Position numbers and translations under genes: made by a program. From Candidatus Latescibacterota bacterium (GTDB lineage Bacteria; Krumholzibacteriota; Krumholzibacteriia; WVZY01; JAKEHA01): a DNA stretch of 64,000 nucleotides. The notes beneath the pieces are model-generated. The model searched no databases, was not told where the DNA came from, and worked only from the letters and a program-made list of their open reading frames with translations. Positions 29,680-38,849 of the stretch are shown one piece after another. Each line of letters begins with the position of its first letter. Position 1 is the stretch's first letter. The DNA lies in assembly GCA_963707635.1 (NCBI GenBank), contig OY970173.1:1856001-1920000 (forward strand), in the 5' to 3' direction.

Positions 29680-30127
29680 TCGCGGACCGCAATCCACGCC
29701 CGCCCGGGTGGCCAGGGTGCTGGCCTACGTGTGGGCGCTGCCGACCACCCTGGTCGGAGCGGGATTCGCCGCCGCAGCCGCCGCGACCGGCGGGAAAGCG
29801 GCGCTCGTCGACGGCGTGCTCGAGGCGCACGGCGGCGTGCTGGACGTGATGCTCCGGAGGCTGGTGCCGTTGCGCGGCGGGGCCAGCGCCATGGCGCTCG
29901 GGCACGTGGTGGTCGCGCGCAACGCCGGTTGCCTGGAACGAACCCGGGCGCACGAACGGGCCCACGTTCGTCAAGCGGAACGGTGGGGAGTGCTCTTCGT
30001 CCCGGCCTACTTCGTGTCGTCGCTGGTGGCCGCGGCGCGCGGCGGGCACTACTACCGCGACAATCGCTTCGAGCGCGACGCGCTGGAGAAGGCGACCGCA
30101 GCGGCTCGACGCACACTGATCGTCTGA
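29669..30127 (+). CDS. Hypothetical membrane protein with HExxH motif
   Basis: AMALGHVV...HERAHVRQ.ERWG..F.PAY...Y.DN.FE..A. Confidence 0.7.
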   Translation: MNSDRGPQSTPARVARVLAYVWALPTTLVGAGFAAAAAATGGKAALVDGVLEAHGGVLDVMLRRLVPLRGGASAMALGHVVVARNAGCLERTRAHERAHVRQAERWGVLFVPAYFVSSLVAAARGGHYYRDNRFERDALEKATAAARRTLIV

Positions 30128-30139
30128 TAGAGGAATACC

Positions 30140-30480
30140 GTGACCGTCCTGATCACAGTCGCCATGCTGACCGCATCCAACGTCTTCATGACGTTTGCCT
30201 GGTACGGCCACTTGCGAAACATGAGCGGCCGGCCCTGGTTCATCGCCGCGACCGTCAGCTGGGGAATCGCGTTTTTTGAGTATTTGCTCCAGGTGCCCGC
30301 CAATCGTGTCGGCTTTCGCACACTGGCCTCGCCCAGCTCAAGATCGTCCAGGAAGTGGTGACATTGTCGGTGTTCGTGCCGTTCGCCGTGTTCTACATCA
30401 AGGAGCGTCCCCGGCTCGACTTCCTCTGGGCGGGGCTGTGCCTGATCGCCGCGGTCTACTTCATGTTTCGCCGTCCGTAG
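30140..30480 (+). pseudogene. DMT family (DUF486-like) membrane protein with a 1-nt frameshift near 30325
   Basis: SNVFMTFAWYGHL...SWGIAFFEY.LQVPANR.G continues in a shifted frame as LAQLKIVQEVVTLSVFVPF...FMFRRP, ending at TAG 30478-30480. Confidence 0.75.
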
Positions 30481-30506
30481 CTGCATTGCCACAGCGGACT
30501 TTTGCT

Positions 30507-30536
30507 TTGACCCTGGTCCGCGCGGGACGCTACCAT
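30507..30536 (+). promoter_or_regulatory. Putative sigma70 promoter
   Basis: TTGACC-N18-TACCAT upstream of the heparinase-like gene. Confidence 0.4.
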
Positions 30537-30613
30537 TAGGTGTTCGGGGCTGCCGACCCGGTTGCCAGGGGCACACCCGGGGCAGCGCGGGCGTGTCCCC
30601 CGCGCGGAAGTCG

Positions 30614-33256
30614 ATGATCCCTCGCTTGTTTCACCAGTGGCGACGGACGCGGATAGGGCCGGCCGTGTGCCTGATTTTCCTCCTCGGACCGGGGGTGGGG
30701 GGCCTCGCCTTTGCGCCCGGACCCGCGGCCGCGGACACCTACCAGGGTCTGCACCCACGGCTCTTGTTCTCCAATGACGACCTCCCGGACCTGCGCGCGA
30801 AGGTGCGCGACGGCGGCGTCGACGACGACTGCTACGCGTACATCCGCGATCGGCTCCACACCTACTACCTGACCGAACCCTACGATTCGCTCCTGCGCAA
30901 CGACTTCGCGCTCGAGGCCATGCTGAACATCGGGCTCGCGGCTCATCTCGAGGACCCGGTCGATCCGGTCGCGCTGGCGCTCGGGATTGACCTCACCCAG
31001 CACATCGCCCGCACCTGGAACGTCGACACGGATGCGTACGCGTCCTCGCTGCGACTGCGGGCGCTGGCGCTCGGATACGACATGTGCTTTCAGCCTGCCA
31101 GCGAGGCGGAGCGGCAGGAAATTCGCGACGAGATCGCGAGCTACATTTCCTACCTGACCACGAGCATGAACTACGACATCTGGCGCTGGAGCCCGTATGT
31201 GAGCAACAAGACGGCGATGGTGGCCGCCGCGCTGGGGCTGGCGTCCATCGTGCTCGACGGCGAGGCGAACCCGGCGCTCACCAGCGCGGGACTGGCCCGC
31301 GCGGACGTGTTTTACACCGCGTGGCGCGACGCCCACCTCGCGGGCGACGGGGCGTATCGCGAAGGCAGCCTGTACGCGGCGTGGAGCATGCGCAACCTCA
31401 TCTACTATTTCGAGGCCCGGAAGCGTTTCGACGGGTACAACTACGCGTTCGACAGTCCCATTCGCGCGATCGAGCAGTGGTTTCCCTACGAGCTGGACCC
31501 TCGCGGCGGCGCGCGGCTCAACAATATCCAGGATCAGAGCGATTCTCCGCTGCCGCTCGCGCGCCACACCACCTACTGGGACTGGGCGATGTCGGAGTGG
31601 GGAAGCGGAATCGCCGCGTACGTGTGGGAGCACGCGGCCGGCACCTACGGCTACGACATGCTCGACGAGGCGGACAAGGCGGCGACCGTGCTCTGGCACC
31701 GCGAGATCCCGCCGACGAACCCGGGAACACTCCTGCCGCCGAGCAGGGTGTGGGAGGCTCGCGGTCTCTACTATTTCCGCACCGGCTGGCCGGGTGGGGC
31801 GGCGTCCGACGACGTCGCGTTCAGTTTCTACTCGGGCGAATTCCGCGGCGGGCACGCCCAGGAGGATCAGAACCAGTTCACCCTTGCCGCGTACGGCGAG
31901 AAGCTGGTGGTCGACCACGGCGCCGGCGCCACCGCGAAACAGTCCGAAGCCCACAACCTGGTACGCATCGACGGGATGGGGCAACACAACGCCGGCGCGT
32001 CGATCGGCACCGACGGTCGCATCGAATCGTACGTCCTGAGCGACTTCGCGGACTACATCTGCGGCGACGCGCGCCTCGCCTACACGACGCACAGCCCGTA
32101 CAACAACTCCGGGGTGCCGTATCCATGGAGCGACTGGTCGTGGGGACTGACCGGCGCCAACCCGGTGGAGCGCGCGCTGCGGCGCGTGGTCGTGGTGCGC
32201 GGCGTCGGGTCGATCCCGTACTTCGTCATTCAGGACGATATCAAGAAGGACAGCGACGAACACCACTACGAATGGTGCATGCACGTCCCGGTCGACGCGA
32301 GCGTGGATGTGGGCGGCAACGGCCCGATCCGGGTGTCCCGGAACGCGACGGCCCTCGACCTGCACGCGCTGCGTCCCCAGCGGGCGCAGCTCGCCGCGTC
32401 CGTGTCGATCTTCGACAATCAGGGCGAAGATCCCAATTCACGCCTGGTGAAGCTCGGCACCGACATGGTGGAGCCGCGTTTCACGCTGCTGCTCGTCCCG
32501 CGACGCGTGAGCGACGCGGAGCCGGCTGTGTCGTCGGCCGCCGGACCCGCCGGGACGACGACGACCGTCGCGTGGGCGAACGGAATGACGGACTATGTAT
32601 TCTCGCGAACCACGGTGGTGGATCCTCCGCTGCCGGTGGTGGATCCGTTGCTGCAAGGGACGGCGTGTACGGGCTCGCTGGCAACCGACGCGATTCTCGG
32701 CGTGGCACGGACGGCGGGCGGCGAGGTGCGCGGCTACGTGCTCGCGGACGGGACGGTGCTCGTGTGCGCATCCCGGGTGCTGGTGAGTATCGATGACGGT
32801 CCGGCCACCGTCGTCTACGACGGATCCAGCGTTCACATCAGCCGGGCGAACGCGCGCTTTCGTATCTTCGCCCAGGGCGTGTCAGGCGTCCTGTATCGGG
32901 GCAACCCCTTGCCCACCGTTCTCGAGGGTGAGTATCTGACCAACGCGCTCTACACCGGCGTCCGGCCGGCGCCTGCCGAACCCGACCTCGATTTGCGCGC
33001 GTTCCCGAACCCCTTCAATCCGTCGGTCCGGATCACCTTCGTCGTTCCCTGGCGAAGCGAGGTTCGCGCGGAGATCCACGACGCGGCCGGCCGCCGCGTG
33101 GTGGTGCTCGCCGCGCGCGAGATGGATGCCGGCGCGCACGCGCTGGAGTGGAATGGACGGGATGAAAAGGGTGGCGACGCCGCCAGCGGGGTGTACTTCC
33201 TGCGCGTGCAGTCGGGTTCGGCGGCCCGATCGATCAAGCTCGTGCTTCTGCGCTGA
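30614..33256 (+). CDS. Secreted heparinase II/III-like polysaccharide lyase with C-terminal FlgD-Ig/T9SS-like domain
   Basis: Signal peptide; HPRLLF; DG.Y.EG..Y; FRTGW; GH...DQNQF.L.AYGE.L.VD.G; AHN.V.IDG; PNPFNP...WNGRD...ASGVYF tail. Confidence 0.75.
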   Translation: MIPRLFHQWRRTRIGPAVCLIFLLGPGVGGLAFAPGPAAADTYQGLHPRLLFSNDDLPDLRAKVRDGGVDDDCYAYIRDRLHTYYLTEPYDSLLRNDFALEAMLNIGLAAHLEDPVDPVALALGIDLTQHIARTWNVDTDAYASSLRLRALALGYDMCFQPASEAERQEIRDEIASYISYLTTSMNYDIWRWSPYVSNKTAMVAAALGLASIVLDGEANPALTSAGLARADVFYTAWRDAHLAGDGAYREGSLYAAWSMRNLIYYFEARKRFDGYNYAFDSPIRAIEQWFPYELDPRGGARLNNIQDQSDSPLPLARHTTYWDWAMSEWGSGIAAYVWEHAAGTYGYDMLDEADKAATVLWHREIPPTNPGTLLPPSRVWEARGLYYFRTGWPGGAASDDVAFSFYSGEFRGGHAQEDQNQFTLAAYGEKLVVDHGAGATAKQSEAHNLVRIDGMGQHNAGASIGTDGRIESYVLSDFADYICGDARLAYTTHSPYNNSGVPYPWSDWSWGLTGANPVERALRRVVVVRGVGSIPYFVIQDDIKKDSDEHHYEWCMHVPVDASVDVGGNGPIRVSRNATALDLHALRPQRAQLAASVSIFDNQGEDPNSRLVKLGTDMVEPRFTLLLVPRRVSDAEPAVSSAAGPAGTTTTVAWANGMTDYVFSRTTVVDPPLPVVDPLLQGTACTGSLATDAILGVARTAGGEVRGYVLADGTVLVCASRVLVSIDDGPATVVYDGSSVHISRANARFRIFAQGVSGVLYRGNPLPTVLEGEYLTNALYTGVRPAPAEPDLDLRAFPNPFNPSVRITFVVPWRSEVRAEIHDAAGRRVVVLAAREMDAGAHALEWNGRDEKGGDAASGVYFLRVQSGSAARSIKLVLLR

Positions 33257-34502
33257 GGTCCCCGATGATCGGTTCGAGGCGCGCGAACGCGGCGCGCAGC
33301 GCGCCCTCCACCCGTTCCGGGGTGTCCGAGCGCGCGAAAATGAACGCCACGTAGAGGAAGCCGTCGGGCAGCGGTGTCAGGTGCTGCCCGGGCCGCGCAC
33401 TCACCACCACCTCCTCGACGCCGGGAACCTCGGCGGCAGCGCTCGCCCCACGCAGCGATTCGAATCGCCCCGCGCGCGGGGCCTGGATCATCCAGACGCC
33501 GGCGGCGCGGGGCTCGCGCGGCGGGATCTGCGCGACGAGTCCGAGGGCGTGCTGGAGGATGACATCTTCGAGCGAGCGCCCGTCGGCAAAGCGCACCACC
33601 CGCGAGCACAGCCCTCCGATCGATCGCGCGTGCACCTCGATCGGGATCACCGCCCCGGCGCTCCCGCGGAGCTCGACGTGCACGGGGCCGCTCACGAGCC
33701 CCACCGCGCGCACGGCGGCTCCGGAGGTCTCCACGATCCGCTGCTGCACCTCCGGCGAGAGGCGCGAGGGCGTCACGTACATCGTCTCCGGGAAGACGGG
33801 TCCCTCGAGCGGGTCCGGCTTGTCGAAGATGGCGATCACGTCGAGGCGGCCGCCGGTCACGATGCCTTCCACCGCCACTTCCCAGCCGTCCACGTACGAT
33901 TCCGCGAGGACGTGACCGCGCGCGAGCACGTCGTGCGCAGACGGCGACGAACGCACCAGCCGGGCGAGTCGTTCGAACGCGGGCGCGAACGCCTTTGCGT
34001 CGTCGACTCTGAACACGCCCCGGCTCGCCGACATGGCGAGCGGCTTGAGCACGGCGGGATAGCCGACCGCGCGCGCCAGTTCGCGCTCGAGCGCATCCAC
34101 GGGCGCTTGCAGCGAAAGCAGCGCGTACTTCGGTATCGGAATGCCAGCCGCCCGCATCCGCTCGCGCGCGAGGTACTTGTTGACGGTAGCGCGCACCGCG
34201 TCGACGGGGTTATGCGGCAGGCCGAGCGCCTCGGCGATCGCGGCGGCCGCGAGCACGGAACGGTCGTCGACCGCCACCACCGCGTGCACCGGCGTCTTGC
34301 GCGCGAAACGCCGCGCCCGGGCGGCGGCGCCGATGGGGTCGTCGAAGTCGAACGACGGCAGCTCGACCGGGTGCAGGTGCGAGAGCGAGCTTTCCGTTTC
34401 CGAGGCGAGGCTCAAGTCCACCGGGAGGCGCCGCGCGGCGCGCACGAACGCGTCGGCGCGATAGGTGGACGTGGGAACGAGCAGGAGCAGGCGGGGCTTC
34501 AT
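33234..34502 (-). CDS. ATP-grasp ligase (L-amino-acid ligase-like)
   Basis: NKY..R, GYPAVLKP...SASRGV, AESYVDGWEVAVEG, HVELR, IEV.AR.IGG. Confidence 0.88.
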   Translation of the reverse strand: MKPRLLLLVPTSTYRADAFVRAARRLPVDLSLASETESSLSHLHPVELPSFDFDDPIGAAARARRFARKTPVHAVVAVDDRSVLAAAAIAEALGLPHNPVDAVRATVNKYLARERMRAAGIPIPKYALLSLQAPVDALERELARAVGYPAVLKPLAMSASRGVFRVDDAKAFAPAFERLARLVRSSPSAHDVLARGHVLAESYVDGWEVAVEGIVTGGRLDVIAIFDKPDPLEGPVFPETMYVTPSRLSPEVQQRIVETSGAAVRAVGLVSGPVHVELRGSAGAVIPIEVHARSIGGLCSRVVRFADGRSLEDVILQHALGLVAQIPPREPRAAGVWMIQAPRAGRFESLRGASAAAEVPGVEEVVVSARPGQHLTPLPDGFLYVAFIFARSDTPERVEGALRAAFARLEPIIGDLSAEARA

Positions 34503-34524
34503 GGCGGCGGCGGCGCGCCGGCGT

Positions 34525-35160
34525 CTACTTGGACGACGGCGCGTAATACGGATTGCGGCCGGCGGCGTGATCGGTGGTATCGAGGATTTCGCCGACCTCG
34601 GGGACCTCTTCGCGGATGGTGCGCTCGACACCGTACTTGAGGGTGACGCTCACCATGCCGCACCCCTGGCACCCGCCGCCGAACTCGAGAAACACGGTGT
34701 TGCCGGTGACTTCGAGCAGGCTCACCACGCCGCCGTGGGCGGCGACCGCCGGATTGATGACGCCGTCGAGCACCTGCTGGACGCGCCGCTTCACTTCTTC
34801 AGGTGGAAGTTGCGTCTCCGTCACCGCCGGCGAAATCGGATCGGCACCCGTGGCGAGGGCGTCGCGGATGGCCGTGCCCACCGCCGGGATCTTGTCGTCC
34901 CAGGTCGAGTCGCCCACCAGCGTCAGCCGCAGGGTGTCGTGGTTGACGAGGATCTCGGCGATGCCCTCGATGGCGAACAGCCCGTCGACCAGTGGCGACC
35001 CGTGCGAATGCTCGCGCTCGCCGAAATACGCCGAGTGGTTGGGGTAGAGCGGCTCGCTCACCGTGAAGGTGCACTGCTCGGGGTGCGCCATCGACGGGGT
35101 CGCGGTGATCCGCACCGATCGTCCCTGCGGGAGCTCGAAATTCAGGCTGACTTCATCCAT
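34525..35160 (-). CDS. Nfu/NifU-family Fe-S carrier (Nfu_N + NifU_C domains)
   Basis: SPLV..LF.IEGI..I N-terminal domain; INPAVAAHGG...GGGCQGC...TLK.GVE...D.TDH..G.NPYY. Confidence 0.9.
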   Translation of the reverse strand: MDEVSLNFELPQGRSVRITATPSMAHPEQCTFTVSEPLYPNHSAYFGEREHSHGSPLVDGLFAIEGIAEILVNHDTLRLTLVGDSTWDDKIPAVGTAIRDALATGADPISPAVTETQLPPEEVKRRVQQVLDGVINPAVAAHGGVVSLLEVTGNTVFLEFGGGCQGCGMVSVTLKYGVERTIREEVPEVGEILDTTDHAAGRNPYYAPSSK

Positions 35161-35212
35161 GGCACTTCGATGATAGGTGAGGCGCTGGCCGGGCGCAAGC
35201 GTCGATGCCGGG

Positions 35213-36649
35213 TCACACGCCCGCGCGTTCGAGAGAGCCAAACTGGCTCTCGGTGGGTTCGGCTCAGCAGAACCAGTCCTCGGTGAGGCGCGGCGATGGC
35301 CCCGCCGGCTGCGGCACGGCGAGCGCGGCGCGGCCGGGCGCGACCACCGCATGCACGCGCGCAAACGCCTCCTCGGCGGGCCAGTGGCCCGCCGCCGCGT
35401 CGGCGGCGACGCGAGCAAGTTCGTGCTGCAGACGATCCATCCCGGGATCGGGATGGCGCCAGCGATAGGAGAGCGTCTCGGGGTCGAAGGGGCCGAGGTG
35501 TTCACGCATGGGCTCGTGGCGCAACAGCAGGGAGCCCTCCGGGACGAGCAGGCGGATCGAGTACTGCACCGGGTCGACCCGACCGACGAGTCCCTCCCCG
35601 GCGACGATGTCCAGGAGCTCGCCGAGACTCGCGCGTGTCTCCCAGGGCGTGAATGGTACCAGCGAGGGCCGCAGCGCGATACCGAGGCCGCCGACGAAAC
35701 GAATCACCTCCAGCGCCTGCGCGCGGGTGTGACCCTTGTCCAGGTGTGTCAGCACCTCGTCGTTGAACGATTCCACCGCCGATACCATGAACAGGTTGCC
35801 CAGGTCGCGGAGTTCTCTGACGGCCTCGCGATGACGAAAGAGGTGTTCGATCTTGGCGGTGTAGTCGAACGTCACGCCGGCGAAGCGCCGGTGCAGCTCA
35901 CGCGCCACGCGCAGCGCGTGGGTGGGGCCGTTCAAGAAGTCCGCGTCGGCGAAGGTGACGTGCCGCGCACCTCTGGCGACGACGCCGGCCACGTCGTCGA
36001 GGACGCGCGCGACCGGGATGGCGTAGAAAGAGCCGGCGTACGCGGCCGGAAGCGGACAGTGACGGCAGAGGTGCTTGCAACCGCGCGTCGTCTGTACGTA
36101 TCCCACCGGGCTGCGCGCGCCGCCGGAGTCGAGCATCACGTAGCGGTCGTGCCGGGTGAGACCCGGCCGATGCGGGGTGAGGTCGAGCGAGCGCGCAGCA
36201 GGCGCAGGCGACGGCGGCACGACCGATCGCGGGTGGGAAGCGTCGAGTGTCGCGCGGGCGAGCTCGAGGAGAGATGCCTCGCACTCCGCACCCAGACAGC
36301 TGTCCGCGTGGGCCGGAACCAGATGACGCGCATTCAATCCCGCGTAGAGTCCGTAGAAACAGATGTGGGCGTTGGGATTCAAGTCGCGCACGCGTGCGGC
36401 CACACGCACCCCCAGTCGCAGCGCGGTGTGCATCGGGGTCGAGATCGCCACCAGCTGCGCGCCGGCAATCGCCGCCGTGTCGAACTCATCCACCGCCACG
36501 TCCATCGTGCGCGGGACGATGCCCGCGCGGGCGAGCACTCCCGCGGGAACGGCGATGCCCAGCGGCTCGTGGCCGAGCTCGTAGCACGAAACCAGTACGA
36601 CGCGGCCGTCGGTGGCTTCGCGGGGGGATGATACCGGCGCGGACTGCAC
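35213..36649 (-). CDS. CUAEP-tail radical SAM selenoprotein (Sec at UGA 35264-35266); N-terminal B12-binding-like domain; start uncertain
   Basis: CxxxCxxC (GCKHLCRHC); readthrough of the in-frame TGA gives LTEDWFC-U-AEPTESQFGSLERAGV*, the CUAEP motif; SECIS-like hairpin follows. Confidence 0.85.
35233..35251 (-). promoter_or_regulatory. Bacterial SECIS-like stem-loop
   Basis: GAGAGCCA-GUU-UGGCUCUC: perfect 8-bp stem starting 12 nt after the UGA, apical loop starting with G. Confidence 0.75.
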
Positions 36650-36800
36650 GCGACGGAGTATAATGACACCGGAGCCAGGTATGCAACGAGCCCGGCTCCG
36701 GTGGCGAACGCGCGTGAAGTCGCCGCCTTGCCGGTTTCCGGCGCGGGCGCCGCACCCATCGTGTATACTCCAGTCGGGTTCGCAAACGCGGGAGGTAGGG

Positions 36801-38849
36801 ATGGCCACAGAGGAGATTCACCGCATGCAGCCGGCGCGACTGCGGACCGGCATCACGCTGGAGCAACTCCCCACGTCAGAATCGTCGTCGTCCGGGATCG
36901 ACAGCCGGCGTGTCATTCGCGGCACCGCATTGATCTTCTGGGACCCGAAACGTCCCGGCCACAAACTCGACGCGATCGACACGGACCAGATCACGCCGGC
37001 CAAAGACTGTGTATCCGAGAGCCTCGATGCGCTCGACAAGCGGTGGAAGGAGGGCGCGTTTCGCTTCCTGATGCCGGACTTTCGCGCGCGCGTGCACCGG
37101 GGCGAGACGTTCCTCGTCGCCGGCGATCGGTTTGCGATCGGCTCCTCGCGCGAGATGAGCCCGGCGGGATTGCGTGCCATCGCGGAGGAAGACGGGCGCG
37201 AGATGGTGATCGTCTGCGGCCACAACATGGGCGACATTTTCCGCCGCAATGCGCTCAACCTGGGGCTCGAGGTGGTGCAGGCCCCCGAGGCGGTGGTGGA
37301 CGCGCGCGACGGAGACGAGTTTTCCTACGAACCGGCGACGCGCCGGCTGGTGAACGAGTCGCAGGGCCGGCAATACACCCCGGTCGCGCTGACGCCCAAA
37401 GAGGACGAGATTCGGAGCACCGGGGGCATCTTCGCCCTGGGCCGGCGCGAGTTTCAAGACTCCGCCCGGAGCACTCCGCGGGCAGAGTGGCCGGACCCGG
37501 AGACCGCGCGCGGACTCACGACCACCGAACAGATCGTGTGGGCGCACCGCGTCGACCGGCAGGCGCGGGTCGAACCGGGGCGAACGCTCCGCGTCTACGC
37601 CGACCTCCTCCCGGCGTCCGACGGCACTGCACCCTTTGCAATCCATACCTTCAATCAGATCACGGGAGGAAACACCATCTTCCCGCGCCAGGCGGCGATC
37701 GCGAACGACCATTTCGTGTTCACCGGTGCCGACGCCGACGACAAGCAGACGGGGATCGGGCGCGAGTTCGCCAGGCAGCACGGCATCGAGAAGCCGTACT
37801 ACGCGACGCCGGGCGACGGCATCTTTCATTTCTACTTTCCCGAGCAGGGGCTGATCGTGCCCGGGCAGTTCATCCCCGGCGCGGACTCGCACAGCCGCGC
37901 GTACGGCGCGTACGGCGCGGTGGGAATCGGCGTCGGCTCGACGACGCTCGGGTTCGGATGGGCCACGGGGTATATCTACTTCACGCCGGCGCGCTCGCGC
38001 CGGGTGGTGTTCACCGGCAAGTTGCAGCCGTGGGTGTCGGGCAAAGACGTCGTGCTCAAGCTGCTCGAGCGATGGGGAGCGAAGCAGTCGCAGGGAATGT
38101 CGGTCGAGCTCGTGGACGCGAATCGACAACTGCCGGTCGCGTACCGCAACACCATCGCCAACATGATGGCCGAGGCGGAGGCGATGAACGGGATTTTCGC
38201 CTGCGACGAGGTGACCCTCGCCTGGTACGCCGCCAAGGGCATGAAGGAGCTCCCGTATCCGCCCCTCGCGCCCGGCGCCAACGCCTGTTTCGAAATCGAC
38301 GAGACCCTCGACCTGTCGGACGTGGTCCCGATGGTCGCGAAACCGTTCAGCCCGGGAAACGCGTTCCCGGCCGAGGACGTCGCCCGCGAGCGCCTTACCT
38401 TCGACAAGGCGTTCATCGGGTCGTGCACCAACGGCAGCTATGACGACCTGCTGCAGGCGGCGATGGTGGTCAGGCGCGCGCGCACGCTCGGGTTCGAACG
38501 GTCGAGCACGCCGTTCGTCGTGTTTCCGGGCTCGGGGGGTGTGAAGAAACTGATCGAACGGCCCGACCCGCGCCTGGGTGGGGAATCGGTGGCGAACGTG
38601 CTGCGGTCGGTCGGCGCGGAAATCCGGGCGTCGTGGTGCGGCCCGTGCTTCGGCCAGGGACCGGATGCGCTCAAACGCGGCGAGCGCGCGATCACGTCCT
38701 TCAACCGCAACTGGCAGAACCGCATGGGCGTCGGCGGGGAGGGCTACCTCGCCAGTCCGGCGGTGGTCGCCGCGTCCGCGCTGCTGGGCTACATGGCCGG
38801 ACCGGGAGAGCTCGGGATCGAATGGAACGCGGAGGCGTTCGCGCTCTAA
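36801..38849 (+). CDS. Aconitase-family hydro-lyase; single-chain fusion of LeuD-like (N-terminal) and LeuC-like (C-terminal) subunits
   Basis: [14 protein letters not shown] and [11 protein letters not shown] (small subunit), then GADSHS, GSCTNG, CGPCFG, NRNW..RMG and YLASPA (large subunit); GGAGG RBS. Confidence 0.88.
   Translation: MATEEIHRMQPARLRTGITLEQLPTSESSSSGIDSRRVIRGTALIFWDPKRPGHKLDAIDTDQITPAKDCVSESLDALDKRWKEGAFRFLMPDFRARVHRGETFLVAGDRFAIGSSREMSPAGLRAIAEEDGREMVIVCGHNMGDIFRRNALNLGLEVVQAPEAVVDARDGDEFSYEPATRRLVNESQGRQYTPVALTPKEDEIRSTGGIFALGRREFQDSARSTPRAEWPDPETARGLTTTEQIVWAHRVDRQARVEPGRTLRVYADLLPASDGTAPFAIHTFNQITGGNTIFPRQAAIANDHFVFTGADADDKQTGIGREFARQHGIEKPYYATPGDGIFHFYFPEQGLIVPGQFIPGADSHSRAYGAYGAVGIGVGSTTLGFGWATGYIYFTPARSRRVVFTGKLQPWVSGKDVVLKLLERWGAKQSQGMSVELVDANRQLPVAYRNTIANMMAEAEAMNGIFACDEVTLAWYAAKGMKELPYPPLAPGANACFEIDETLDLSDVVPMVAKPFSPGNAFPAEDVARERLTFDKAFIGSCTNGSYDDLLQAAMVVRRARTLGFERSSTPFVVFPGSGGVKKLIERPDPRLGGESVANVLRSVGAEIRASWCGPCFGQGPDALKRGERAITSFNRNWQNRMGVGGEGYLASPAVVAASALLGYMAGPGELGIEWNAEAFAL

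Noticed and set aside
32614..32652. Short repeat GTGGTGGATCC (VVDPPLPVVDPLL) in the heparinase-like gene
   Set aside because: Two-copy in-frame linker micro-duplication with no wider pattern
35161..35215. Second UGA readthrough in the radical SAM gene
   Set aside because: No comparable hairpin follows, and the extension would run out of frame into the nfu start
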